From Paraspadella gotoi (taxonomy: Eukaryota; Animalia; Chaetognatha), in NCBI GenBank assembly GCA_051294375.1, contig CM119266.1, forward strand, positions 6,217,431 through 6,281,430: a stretch of DNA of 64,000 nt, read 5' to 3'. The position numbers and the translations under genes are program-made. Numbering within the stretch: the first letter of the stretch is position 1; every line of letters starts with the position of its first letter. Under the pieces are notes generated by a model. It saw only the letters and a program-made list of their open reading frames with translations, was not told the DNA's origin and made no database searches. Shown piece by piece: positions 30,502 to 42,635 of the stretch.

Positions 30502-31460
30502 TCTCCACCTAATAAATTGTTTTTCATCACAAAACTGGATCAATGCAATTTATTTCATCTTCCGTGAATAAAGGCGCCACTGAGTTCACAGCCTCACGCT
30601 CGTTTCAGTGAATCACAATAGACAAAGGATGAATTCACGGCGGCGTCAAGATGAATTCATTTCACAGAAAACAAATCTGACGTGAATGTCAAATTGTTTC
30701 ATGAGCTTAAAAATATTTTAGGGATTGACTTCTTCATCACCTGCATTGTCGGGTGATCATTTGAGTACACTACTATGAAATATATGAGTCACAAACATCT
30801 CACAGTACATGATTTGTTTACTAATAACTAAAAACATTAACTATAACCGAAGTTATGAGAAATTGGTGTATAAGTAGGACAAATCGATAGATAGACGGAC
30901 CAAAAAATAGCGCAACTCAAAAAACCAATTCATTACGGAAGTCATGAGTGAAGTCATTCTTTTCACGATGATCGTTCAATGTTTGTTTATATAAAAACGA
31001 CCAATGTCTTAGTTTCATTCCATCATGTTTAATTGATGTCGAGTAAACATTACGTACTAAAAAAAAGGCAAATGACGGAGAAACTAATGCCATTTCAGAT
31101 TATCTGTCGGCGTCATAAATCGATAAATTACGCGTGACGTTTTGACGCGATGACGACGAAATAGAAAAGACGCGGACGAGAATGATGCAGGTTGACGCAG
31201 TGATAAGGTGACGTATTGACGAAATGACGCGGGGGGGGGGCGTTTTTTTTTCGTTTGACTTTTTGGGTTGTTTTTTTTTATAACCTTTTTTATTTTATTT
31301 TTCTGCAAATCCGTTTTAAACATTGAGAGAAATTTTAGAACGGAATAATTAAAATGAATAAAAGAGATAAGTTTGCTGATAAAGTCTAAACCTCTTCCTG
31401 AGGAGATAAGAGAAAAGAGGCAATTCGATTCGTCACTGAGCGAAGGGGGAAGGAGAGACA

Positions 31461-31528
<68 letters not shown>

Positions 31529-31549
31529 GAGATAGAAAGAAAGAAAGAT

Positions 31550-31632
<83 letters not shown>

Positions 31633-33029
31633 AAAAAGAAACTTAGACAAAATAAATGAAGAGGAAATTCTCGCGACCAAAAAAAGTACAAAGAATTTAA
31701 GAGAGAGAAAGAAAAAAAAAAGAAAACTTGTAGCAGTTTTTTTGTTCTGTCTTCCTTTTTTATTCTTTTCCTTTCTTCCTTTTTTTCCTTTTTTTTTATC
31801 TTTTCTCTCCTTTTTTCTCTTCTTTTTTTTTCTCGTACCTAAACATTAAACCGAAAAGAGACGCGACAACCTGAAAAGAACTCGGGGAAATGAAAGCGAA
31901 AAAAAATTGTAAAAAGCGAAATCTAAGACGAAAAGAAAAAAAGAGAAACTTTAATACAAACAAAGTTAAACGAATAGAATCACTCAGACTGGCGCGACCA
32001 AGGTAAAGAAAAGGATACATTATACATTATACTATATACAATTATACATAACGACGACAGTGGGGAAAAAATTAAAACCCTCCTAGTCTTAAAACAAAAT
32101 TGCGCGAAATTAAATTCGTCGAAAAATATTTTATAAATTTATTGCAATTCTGAATTTCTATTCTCCCGCAAAAAAAAAGGAAGTCGGCGAACGAATACAA
32201 ACATTAGAAACAGATGTCGCTCCTTACGAGACCCCCTTGTTATTTTGTTTCAGTTACTCCCGTATTTCTTCTTATTAAATTTTTCTTCAAATATTAAATC
32301 GGCCCGACAGATGTCAGCAGGTGTCCCGCGGTACAACGATGAGGCGTGGAATCCCGAGGCGGGTGGATTGGAGACAGGAGACAAAGCCGATGTCAAATTT
32401 GAACGACTCGTTGTTTACCAAAGGGATTTTAGTTCAGGATGGATAAATTCGAGCAAATGATAACAGTCGATTCCAAGTCTAACGGAATCGATCAAAAATG
32501 TCGATATTTTTTTTTTCCCAATTTCGTATTCATGTATTCGAGCGAAACTTAAAAAGTGAAACTCTTTCAAATGGCGGAATTTGAAATTTTCCAAAGTATG
32601 AATCAATTGTGAAATATTTTTTACGTCTTCCACGTGGTGGGCGAAGTCACGATTCGAGATTTGCTGTGGGCGGGACGGAGTGAGGCGAATTCTTGGCGTT
32701 GTTTGCGTGAAAGGTGTGAGAGGTAAAAAATAGATGTGGTGTTCGTTCATTGGTTAAAAAAAAAGTAAGACCCGTTCTTGAGTTCGTTAATTTACTGAGG
32801 AATTTTAAAAATAACTTGTTATCCAATGAATTCTTTTAACAAATCAATGGTCTGAGATTTTTTGATTGTAAATAAAACAGTCAATAAAATGGAATATATT
32901 TTGTTAGTAGGTTAATTTAAAACCTTGGTTGAATTTACAACATTTAGCTGACGGAATGATATTCACTCCACAAGCCGCCGGTGAAAAAGAAAGAGATCTC
33001 ACACTGAGTCAACGCAGGTAACTGAGTCA

Positions 33030-33151
33030 AGTGATAAAACAAACCTCTAAAGTGATAAAACAAACCCCTAAGGTGATAAAACAAACCCCTTAGGTGATAA
33101 AACAATATTCCTAAAGTGATAAAACAAATCCGTGAACTGATAAAACAAATC
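33030..33151. repeat. Minisatellite, ~21-bp unit with core tgataaaacaa x6
   Basis: Six copies of tgataaaacaa at ~21-nt spacing. Confidence 0.88.
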
Positions 33152-34189
33152 CGGTGAAGGGTGAAAAGGTCCCTAAGTATTTTTTTCGAACGTGAAAAGG
33201 AATTTCGCCTCACAAGGAATTCCGAGATAAGGAGATGGCAAAATAGAGAACGACGGTTGGAATGCCAGTCAGAAAAGGATCGGTGCCAGTCGCTGTAAAC
33301 GGGGCGATTATTGGACAAACGATGAATTTCACGCTTTTTCGTTTTATTGACTCGTCTCACTGAGAGTCGACAAACACGATAACAAACAAACGTGATGTAC
33401 AATTTGTTCATCACAAAATAGAATCACGTGAACTTTCTAAAGTTTTCCAGATTATTAATTTCCTTGGACGGAATGGAAGGGCATATCTTTATGAAATACT
33501 ATTTCGACATGATAAAATTGAACGCTAGCATTTTGAAGCCAATAAAAAGTTATGGGACCATCGAAAATAAAACTATCAACCAGTCTATGTAAATAACTCG
33601 AAAGTTAAAGACAAAGTTATCTAGCTACCTCGGAAAATTATTTTAATATAAAAAAAGACTCGTTTTGAAAACCAGTTTTGGCCGGCTCCATCCCTTCCTA
33701 CTCTCCCCTTAAACCCTGGAGTCAGGTTCAGCCGCAAAAACAAACCGTCTTGAGACGTTTTAGCGAAAGTCGTCGTCGTCGTCGTTATCAACAACTAAAC
33801 CGGTTTGTCAACCGCTTTACAAGAGTCGCACCGGTTTAATTGCCTCGGGAAGTAAGTTTTCTGTTTAGAAATTTTGCTCGATTGCAGACTTGCGGAATTT
33901 TTTGGTTTTTTCTTTGATCGAAAGTATTATTTTTTTTGTCTTTTTACTCTTTTTAACGTGGCTTGCCTCTGAACGCAACTGGGCCCGCATAACGGCATCT
34001 TTGATCGTATATATTTTTTTCGATCGGTCGTCACGCCCTTTTTTTCTCTACATCCTCATGTCTCTGATCGCACTTCGGCCTCTTCGCCAGCTTCTCTGAT
34101 CGCACCTTTGCCATCTCACCGTCGTCTTTGATCGAACTTCTTAATCGATCCGTCGCCACGCCCACTTTTCTTCTTCCTCTTTCTCCACC

Positions 34190-37100
34190 ATGGCTTACAT
34201 GCAAAAGGTCTTTGGTTTCGTCCGCGACGACGAGAGCTTCGAGACACTCCGCCCGTGGTGGGAAGTCGTCCTTTCCTTCTCCATCGACATCATGGTCTTG
34301 GCTTCCGTGACCTCGGTGACTTCTGACCTCTTCCAAGGAGCCGGTTCACTCATATGCATCCCGTCCAACAAGACGGAAGGCTCCGCTTGGGACAAGCAAC
34401 AGTTCGTCGAGCAAGAGTGCACGGAACTGTGGCCGCTTTATGCCAAGTACTTTCCTTACTTTCTCGTGCTGCAATGCATTCCGTTTATGGCCATCAGCAA
34501 GGCGTGGAAGAGGATCTGCGGGGATCAGTTGAAGCTGTTCAACAAGCTCGCCGAAGAGTGCCGGGCTTCGCCGATCACGAAGCTGAGGGTCGACAACTTT
34601 TTAAGGTTTCAGGTGAGAGAGGGATAACCGGGGAAGGGAGACAAATCTCAATCGATCTTTAAGTAATAACAATGAATCTTACGAGTTATCTTGTAGTTTG
34701 AATTTATTTACTATGCAATAGTATGCAATTGTACTATGCATAGTATGCATTAAGTTTAATTAAATCAAGTTACCTTAAATTCAAGAATTTTTGATGGTTA
34801 GAAATCTAATGCAGCAAAAAAGATTCTTAAATGCGTGATAGGTCGTTAACATTTTTTTAACTTATCATTCATCGAGTTTTGTTATTAATTAATTTTTAAT
34901 ATCTAATTGAGTACAATTAATAATCATATCCAGTCTCGAAGAATGGCCAACGCGGGACGAAAAGACGTTTGGCCCAAAGGCGACTCGAACCACAACGACG
35001 ACAAGACNNNNNNNNNNAACGCCGACGCCCAGATGGACGACATGGAAGGCGCAACCGCCGAAGAGTTCGTCTGCCTTCAGCTCGACGCCGACGACGCTCG
35101 AAACGCCATCTCTCTTTACGATCGAATCAGGGAATTAGAGGCAACGCTCGATCTTTACAGCAGGTGGCGCGGGAGGGAAGGGGGAAGGGGTTCGAGGGGG
35201 AAAGGGGGACAGATGCATGATATTTTTCACGGAGGACAGATGCAGGCTAAGAAATAGGAAATCAGGCCCTGCCTGGCCTGGACTGGCAGGAGCCAAAAAA
35301 AGATAGGACAAAGGTGGTCTAATTATGATATCAACATCATCCAAGTAAATCAAGTTTGTCTATTCAATTAAATCAAGGATTGTCTTTAAATGAATGATAA
35401 AAATTTTTTACAAAATCCTCCAGACAAAAAAAAAAGTTTTCTCTCCTCTGCTCTCCCCCTCAGCTCCTGCGCCACCTACTTTCGGAAGTGTGTCGTCAGC
35501 GTAGCCTTCGGCGCCATCGTCGTCGGTTGGGGCGCTAAACAAATCGCCATCCGCGACTTTGACTTTTACTTTCCTTGTTCTCTCGATCGGCTGCATCACG
35601 CCCACATTCTAGACATCTTCGACTACACCTGCGTGAACAAGACGACCACCATGAGCGCGATGCTACAGGTGAGAACTATTGCTGCGGGGTCAGGTTGTGC
35701 TGCATGCTGCAGGTAAGGAAATAGCGCTAGGCTGCAGGTGAGGAGGAGGAGCGAATCTAGGACCACCTTGAATGCGGCAAAGGCAAAAATAATAAGCGCC
35801 ACCTCATTCTTTTAAAATAGAACACTTATTGTAAATAAAAATTAAGTGATGGTGAATGAAGTCATATCATTAAAATACTTTTTCAGATAGCTATCGCTGT
35901 AATCATTATCCTTCCACTTCACTTTTCCCTTCCAGTATCTGTTCCTAGTCGTCGTCTCCGTCCACATCCTCATGCAAATCTGGGGATTCCTCCACTGCCT
36001 CGCGGCTTCGGCTCCCAAGCGGCCCGTCGCCGCCCCTCGATCCGCCGACATCCCTTTGCTGCCCACGAAGGCGGAACGAGCGGCGATGGAAGAGGGTGCC
36101 GCCGAGGACCAATTCGACGCTTGCGAGACTCTCGTGTCGCCGGATGACGTACCGGCGTCTTACCCTTGGTGGCGCCAGTTGGGGCACGTCGTCGTCATGG
36201 ACAAAAACGGCGCCAACGATTCGAGGTTCCTGCAGCAACTTCTCCGCAACTCGGACAAGGATGCGATGTTGAAGTTCGAGGCGTTCGGAGAGCGGAGGTA
36301 TCGCGATCGGTTGGAGGATGTGGCGACGTGCATCCAGTGGCCTTACGCCAAGTTGAAGGAAGAGATGAATAAGGCGGCGGCGGAGGATCAGGTGAGTGGC
36401 CAGGCCGGCAAAAACAAAATAGCGCTTCAAAGAATCTCAAGGAAAAATAGGAAAAAAATTAAGAGAAACTGAAATATACTAATTGAAATTACTGAAATAA
36501 TTCGAATTATCGAAATACAATCAAGTAATCAACGAATAAACGTAGGTGTGGCTTATTCTATGACTCTCTTACAGACCAACTTCGAGCACACCCTCTCCCT
36601 GGCGGACGTCAATCTGCTCACCCTTCCCCGAGGTCTGGTCAAGCTGCCCGCGGCCAACTGCATCCTCGTCGAACTGGACGTCTCCTTCAACGAGAATCTC
36701 GTGGATCTGGATAGGGGTGTGCTCGAGTGGCTTGCCAAAGGTCTCACCACCTTCAAGTGTCGACAGTCGGGACTCATCGACGTCGGTCCCATCGCCGAGA
36801 CGCTCGTCAATCTCACGTGAGAGACTGAAGGATATTTTAAGATATTAACCTAACTTTTAAGATTTTAACGATCAAATATTCATGTTTTATGTTTCAAAAA
36901 CGCAATTAGTAGTATCCAGTGAAGTAAAATTCAAGTAAAGATGATCGATTTGGTAGTACACTATATCGTTAACGAGATTTACAAAGGGTAAGAGTAATTT
37001 ATTTTTTCTCTTTTCGAAATGAAATTGGAAATCCTAATTCGAAGCGATCATGTTTTTGAGTATTCAAGCTGCAACCTCGTCCCCCCAAAAAAGGAAACAA

Positions 37101-37659
37101 AATTATTTTCTCCTTCGCTCATGAATAAAACTGTAGCGACGACCCGAAATGACCTCGTTCAATGTTTTTATCAATTCCCCTTTCTCTTTCTCCTCTCCCT
37201 AAATTTCTTTAACCCCCTTATATAAACTAAATGTTCTCTTTACCTTGTTTTGACATTAGACTGTAGTACTGAATGAACCATGGTTAATTCGAAATAAAAC
37301 GCATACTTAAGCCCCTCAACTCCCCCCCCTTCTTTCCTAAAATTCCCCACTCATTTTCTCACCTCACCCTTCCCCCCCCCATCCCCCCTAACCTCAGATA
37401 CCTCGACGTCTCCTTCAATAAGATCGAGACCCTCCCCGCCTCGATGGAAAACCTGCAGCGCCTGCGGTCTCTCACGCTTCTCAGCAACCCCTTGCGACGC
37501 CGCGAGACGAAGGCGGCCCTGAGGGCGTCGGTGCTGCCGCTGCCGCATCTCAAGGAGCTCGTGGTGGAGGCGCGTTTCCTCGAGGAGGAAGAGGAAGAGG
37601 ATTTGAAGTTCATCGCTTCGGAGTTGGCGCCGAATTTGTTCAATAGGAGGAAGTTGTGA
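34190..37659 (+). CDS. LRRC8: LRRC8 (VRAC/SWELL)-like channel subunit: pannexin-like 4-TM domain plus short LRR domain, ~605 aa, 6 exons
   Basis: Kozak ccaccATGG. Exons 34190-34612, 34934-35163, 35464-35668, 35936-36391, 36575-36816, 37398-37659, all GT-AG, phases 0,2,0,0,2. Matches to recalled LRRC8A motifs: TLRPWWEV~ILKPWWDV; LICIP~MICLP; YAKYFPYFLVLQ~FAKYFPYLVLLH; ECRASP~KCFDSP; LDADDARNAISLYDRI~LDKKEGEQAKALFEKV; NDSRFL~NDFAFM; QWPYAKL~EWTLDKL. LRRs include LVELDVSFN, LTYLDVSFNKIETLP and LRSLTLLSNPL. A 10-N gap in exon 2 makes the exact length uncertain. Confidence 0.88.
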
Positions 37660-38533
37660 ATGAAGAGATGAGGGAATGAATGAATGAATAACTGGTTAAA
37701 TGAATGGCAATGTGTGAATGGTTTGATTAAATAAAAAGAGGTGAAGGGTGAAGCAGATAAAATTGTAAAACATTCAATATTCATGGAGGTTTATTCCTTT
37801 AAATTTAAAAAAAAGCTATCACTTGTCCAGAACTAATTAAACTCATTCGAATCAAATAGACTTTCACTTTCGAAACGACACGAAAATTCGAGTCGATTTT
37901 CTATTCTGATGGTGAATCAAAACAACTATTACTTTCGCAAACGTAGTGATCAACTTAGGGAATACTTAATTTTATAAGTTTATCTTATCCCCTTTTTTTT
38001 TCCTTTAATTTTTCTCGATAAACAAATGGCAAAAAAGAAAAAAAAAGCCATTTTCTCCCATCCGAGCTTGGTAAACAAACTCGAAGTTCGACGAATAAAC
38101 ATCAAAATGTCAAAAGTCAAAAACGTCAAATGCCAAAAAATTAATTTCAAAGTCGATGATTGTTTGGAAATCGCAGATTCCCTCTACAGTCGCCAATCGA
38201 AATAATAAAAGCGAGATGAAAGCAGAAGCAAAACGTAATTAAAAACTGAAAAAAAAAAACCCGCTTTCTCGCGAAAGGAAAGTTGATATAAATAAACTCG
38301 AACTTAACAAAAAACTTTTGTAAAAAAGGGAAAGTTGTGTTGGCGTCGTCATGCGAGGACGTTTCTATTTTGATCGTAAGGCTTTTGGGAATGATTGGGA
38401 TGCCAAGTCGTATCATGGATTATTATATAATCATACGTTGTACGCACTATATTGTCATAAACAGCCGGTTTTTAAGTTTTTTGTTTTGCTTTTAAACAAG
38501 GAATGCGATTTGTTATAATTTTCTTTCTTTTGT

Positions 38534-40085
38534 TTAGTTGAAGAAAAGAAAAGGATTTGACGAAGTTCCGTTCGTCGGCGGCGACGTCGTCTTCGTCGTT
38601 TGATCGTCTGTTTTTAAAAGTAAAAATGTTTTAAAATAAATGATAAATAATCAATAAACCCATTTGAATAACTCACTAAAGAGGGAGGAGGAAGGAAAAG
38701 TCGGGGAAGCGAAATTTCCGCTGCCGAAACTGATGTCCAGCGGAGATTTGAAAGATGGCTGAAGAAAAATGAGAGAAGGTTATCATCTCGGGTATGCAAT
38801 CAAGGGGTATGCATAGGGGTAATTAGGGTTTGCACCAAGGGGGTCACGAACCATATTCAATTTATTTATGTTGATATTCGAAAATTGTCAGAAAAAAAAA
38901 AATTGGAGCCGAATGGAAAGAAAAATGTAATTTAATAAACTAATTGCAAAGAAATTTCAGCGGATGTTTCACCAGATTCAATTTTAAGGCAAGTATCGAA
39001 ATGATCATCTGACATCTTCCCAGAGAAAGAACCGTATTTTTTATTTTATTATTTTTAACTTACCCAGACCTCTGTTTAATCCAACAGATTTTTTTCTGTC
39101 GATGACTGCGCACCACGCGTAAATAAATGATAAAGTAATATTAAAATCAAGGTAAAGACAACCGTCTTCCAGAACCGTCTTCAGATAAAGAAAAATATTT
39201 TTGAATCAGAGAGACAAAATGCAAATGTCATTTTACGACAACGGATAAAATTTGAGGAAAAAAAGTCATGGAAAAAAATGCATTTCCCGCTGGCAAAAGC
39301 AAAAATATTGGAAATGAAGAATGATTGTCACGAAGGTTTATCGGAAAGAAAATTTCGGGATATAAAAAACAAACAGAGTAGAAGCTTACGAGAAGAATTG
39401 CACGCCGTAAAATAATATAATAATAAAATAATATAAGTATGGCCGTTCTCTATTTAAAAGAATCCTTTTATTTATTGGTAAGAACGATAAGAAATTGATA
39501 CTGAATCAAATGCAAAAAAATAATATTCAAAGAAGGTTAAAATAAATAGTTTCGTAACTTTAAATATAAATATTATAAATTGTTGTAGACTTTCTTGATG
39601 GAAGTAAGTGAAGAGAAAAAAAAAACTTAAATTGTATCATATTAAGTAGTATTGTATTGTGTAGCACCAATTTAATTTTGAATACCTGAAGCTCCGCCTG
39701 AAAGGGCGACATCCCAAAGAGGTCGTCGGCGCCGAAAGGGTTGGCCTCCGCCCGCGGAGGCACGAACGGCACCGCCCCGAACATGTCCGGCTCCGCGGGC
39801 GCCGAGGAAATGGTCGGCGCGACCGAGGGAGCGGCACCGCCGCCGAACATCGCCGGCTCCGAGGCCAGGGGTGTGGCTCCAAAGACGTCGGTCTCGACGG
39901 GCATCGGCGCCGCCCCGAAGAGGTCTTCTCCGGACGTCGGCGCCGGAGGAGTCGGCGTGGCGGGTTGTTGGCGCCGCGGCGGACGAGGCGGCGGAGCGAG
40001 GCTGGGAAGGACGGAGTCGTCGGACGGTTTGGAGGCGGCGGAGGATGTCGTGGGGGCGAAGGATACGGAAGCGTAGATCGGAGCA

Positions 40086-40117
<32 letters not shown>

Positions 40118-42635
40118 GCTGCTGAAAGATCCGGACGAAAACGAAGAAGAAAAGAATTCGTCTTCGTCGAAGAGAAGATTTTCCAAACGACGACCGACGG
40201 GATCCTGAAAATGATCTTAGATCTTAGATCATCTTTCATCTTGATCCATTTAAACTTTTGACCTTGGATCGAACAAGAATGATGCTAAGATTTTCGCATA
40301 GTGGACACTTTATAAAGTTTTACTCTGAGAAAACTAAGCCCATGCCATCTTTAAAGTCGTTCACCCGATCTTACTTCATCTAATCGTTTCTAGAGAATTT
40401 ACTTGCCTAATGTCGTTGAGCATCTGCATACCTCACTACCAATATCATTCCCTCGCCCCCCACAGTCACACACCCAAACCTGTTGATGCGGCGCCGGCGA
40501 CATCGGCAGTGTTCGTCGACGCCGTTCTTTTCTTCGCTCGTGTCGATCAAGTTCGTCGCTGCGGCTCCGTTGACCGAGGCGGCGGGGGCTGGCGCTGCGG
40601 CTGCTTGTCGTTATTCCTTTTTCCGAGAGTTTGGATTCCAATTCTTTGATCTTCGCCTTCAGCTCTTGATTTTCCTTCTCGTATTCCGCCACCTGAGGGA
40701 AAAAAAAATTCAAGTAAATTTTTGACATTAATTGACTTAGCTGTTTATCGCTTATTTCCATATTTGTTTTGTTACAATTACAGTAGAGAATTAAAGAATT
40801 AAATTAAAGAATTAAATAAGAATGAAACCAAAAAAATGTTTCAATTTATTGGAGGAACTTTTGAAACATGGTCCAGTTGGGGGCCTCCTACAGATCCAGT
40901 TCTCCAACCTGCCATTTATCAGTTGCCTCACCCACATATCAGTACGTCCATTATTGATCAAAAAGTAAGATTTTTATCGATCAATGGCCCTTATCAACCA
41001 ACTCCATCCCTCCGACCTGCGTTTTCAGCTTGACCATCTCGTCCTTGATGCTGGAGGGTCGGCCCTGTTGCTCCACGAACTGATTGTAGGCGATCTCGAA
41101 GGCCTGTCCGACGGTGAGGGTGATCTCTTCCGCGCATTTCTCGCTGTCGAACACGAAGCAAACGTGTTGCTTCGTCGTTTCCTCCTGAGGTCGATAACAA
41201 GCATAGTGAAGAGACAGTAATAGTTGTTATGTGTTAGTGACAAAACCGTTCAATATAAGCTGTCCCTGAGCTTCGGATCAGGCTGTAACACCGTGTTACA
41301 GGCGGGTTAAGCCCCCGTCCCTCTAGCGACCACCGGGCTCGAACCCCGGACCTTTAGAGGCGAATGACTTGCCTCCTGCACCAATGGCCGCTGATGGTGG
41401 ATTTTAGTTATATAGTTAATTTAAGCATTATAATTACGGATCATGTTCACATGAGTAAAGTCAACAACTTAATTCTTGAAAACTTACTACTTTAAATTTA
41501 AAACCTTGGCTTCATTTCCCGATCTATTTTTTTAGTGAGATATTGGGATTAATATCAACAATAATGTTGAGGAGAATTGATACTTAATACCGTTCGCGTT
41601 CAATCCGATTTCACATCCAAAAATAAATGAAAAATAAACAAAATAATACTACATAAATTATAAATGAATACTTTGGCAATAAAGGCGAACATTCGTTTGT
41701 CGGTTTTGTCGTCAGCGCAGAAGGAAATCCGATGAAGAGGATAAGAGTGATCCACGATCTGAGAAGAGAGGATATAAAAGTTTATAACGAATTAATTAAG
41801 AGATTCGATATAATAATCTCCGTGATAGGCAAGTCACTCGGTGTGATTTTACAAATCCTACAATAAATTTCGAAGAAATAAAAAAAACTTGGAGATGCGG
41901 GGGATTGAACCCCGGACTTCTCACATGCGAAGCGAGCGCTCTACCACTGAGCTACATCCCCTACCGACGAAATGGCTCACTTTGTACTTGGGGTCTTGAA
42001 TGGTGACAGAATCGACGGAGATGACGAGTTCTTTCTTCGCGGTTTTGATTCCTTCCGCTTTTTTCACGCTTTTGTTAAACTTCATTTTCTGAATCGCGCC
42101 GCGGACGACGTCGATGCCTTTCGGGTCGTCGACGTTGACGAAACCGAGGAACTGGTGGATGAAAAACGAGAGAACTTAACTCGGAGTGGGACTGTTCTTT
42201 TATTTTTAATTCGGGTTATTTCGCTTTATTCTTAAGTAACGTGGAAATTTTGAGTTGAAATTATAATTAGTTATTTACAGTGTAGTTTGTGCTACATTTA
42301 TTTTTTTTTTCAGTCGTAAGCTATCATTAAAAACTAATAATAAATGACAATTCTTCAGGTAAATTAAGACTGTAAAATCCCGACACGAAATAATTCCACC
42401 TCTTCCTCCTTACCTTGACAACGTAGGTGACCTTCCCTTTGTGCAGCGCCTCTGCCGGGTGAGGCCATTTCTTAAACTCCCCGTCAACGTTCATCCCATG
42501 AGCGCCGCTTTTCTCGTCGCGGCGCCACTTGAGAAAACTCGGACTACGGAATTTGCTGGCGCCGGACGAGCTGGCGGCGCCGTTAACGGTTACGCCGTCC
42601 GCGGCGCCGGCGCCGGCTTTGCCGTAGGACGACAT
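38534..42635 (-). CDS. GULP1: PTB-domain engulfment adaptor CED-6/GULP1, ~511 aa, 8 coding exons
   Basis: Exons 42635-42414, 42151-41981, 41758-41672, 41184-41017, 40692-40480, 40204-39686, 38758-38677, 38607-38534, phase-consistent GT-AG. Motifs [41 protein letters not shown] and [25 protein letters not shown], then a leucine-zipper/coiled coil ([15 protein letters not shown]). The last two exons are less certain. Confidence 0.92.
41325..41392 (-). mobile_element. tRNA-derived SINE-like head / tRNA pseudogene in a GULP1 intron
   Basis: Minus strand AGCGGCCATTGGTGCAGGAGGCAAGTCATTCGCCTCTAAAGGTCCGGGGTTCGAGCCCGGTGGTCGCT: A-box-like TGGTGCAGGAGG, B-box GGTTCGAGCCC, paired ends AGCGGCCA/TGGTCGCT, but no proper anticodon arm. 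Confidence 0.55.
41890..41961 (-). tRNA. tRNA-Ala (anticodon CGC)
   Basis: Minus strand GGGGATGTAGCTCAGTGGTAGAGCGCTCGCTTCGCATGTGAGAAGTCCGGGGTTCAATCCCCCGCATCTCCA, 72 nt, canonical cloverleaf with the G3:U70 alanine identity pair, followed by an oligo-T Pol III terminator. Confidence 0.96.

Noticed and set aside
40480-40620. Possible compensating frameshifts in GULP1 exon 5 (an alternative frame reads [21 protein letters not shown])
   Set aside because: The annotated frame is open and phase-matched on both sides; no direct evidence of error, though transcripts should confirm.
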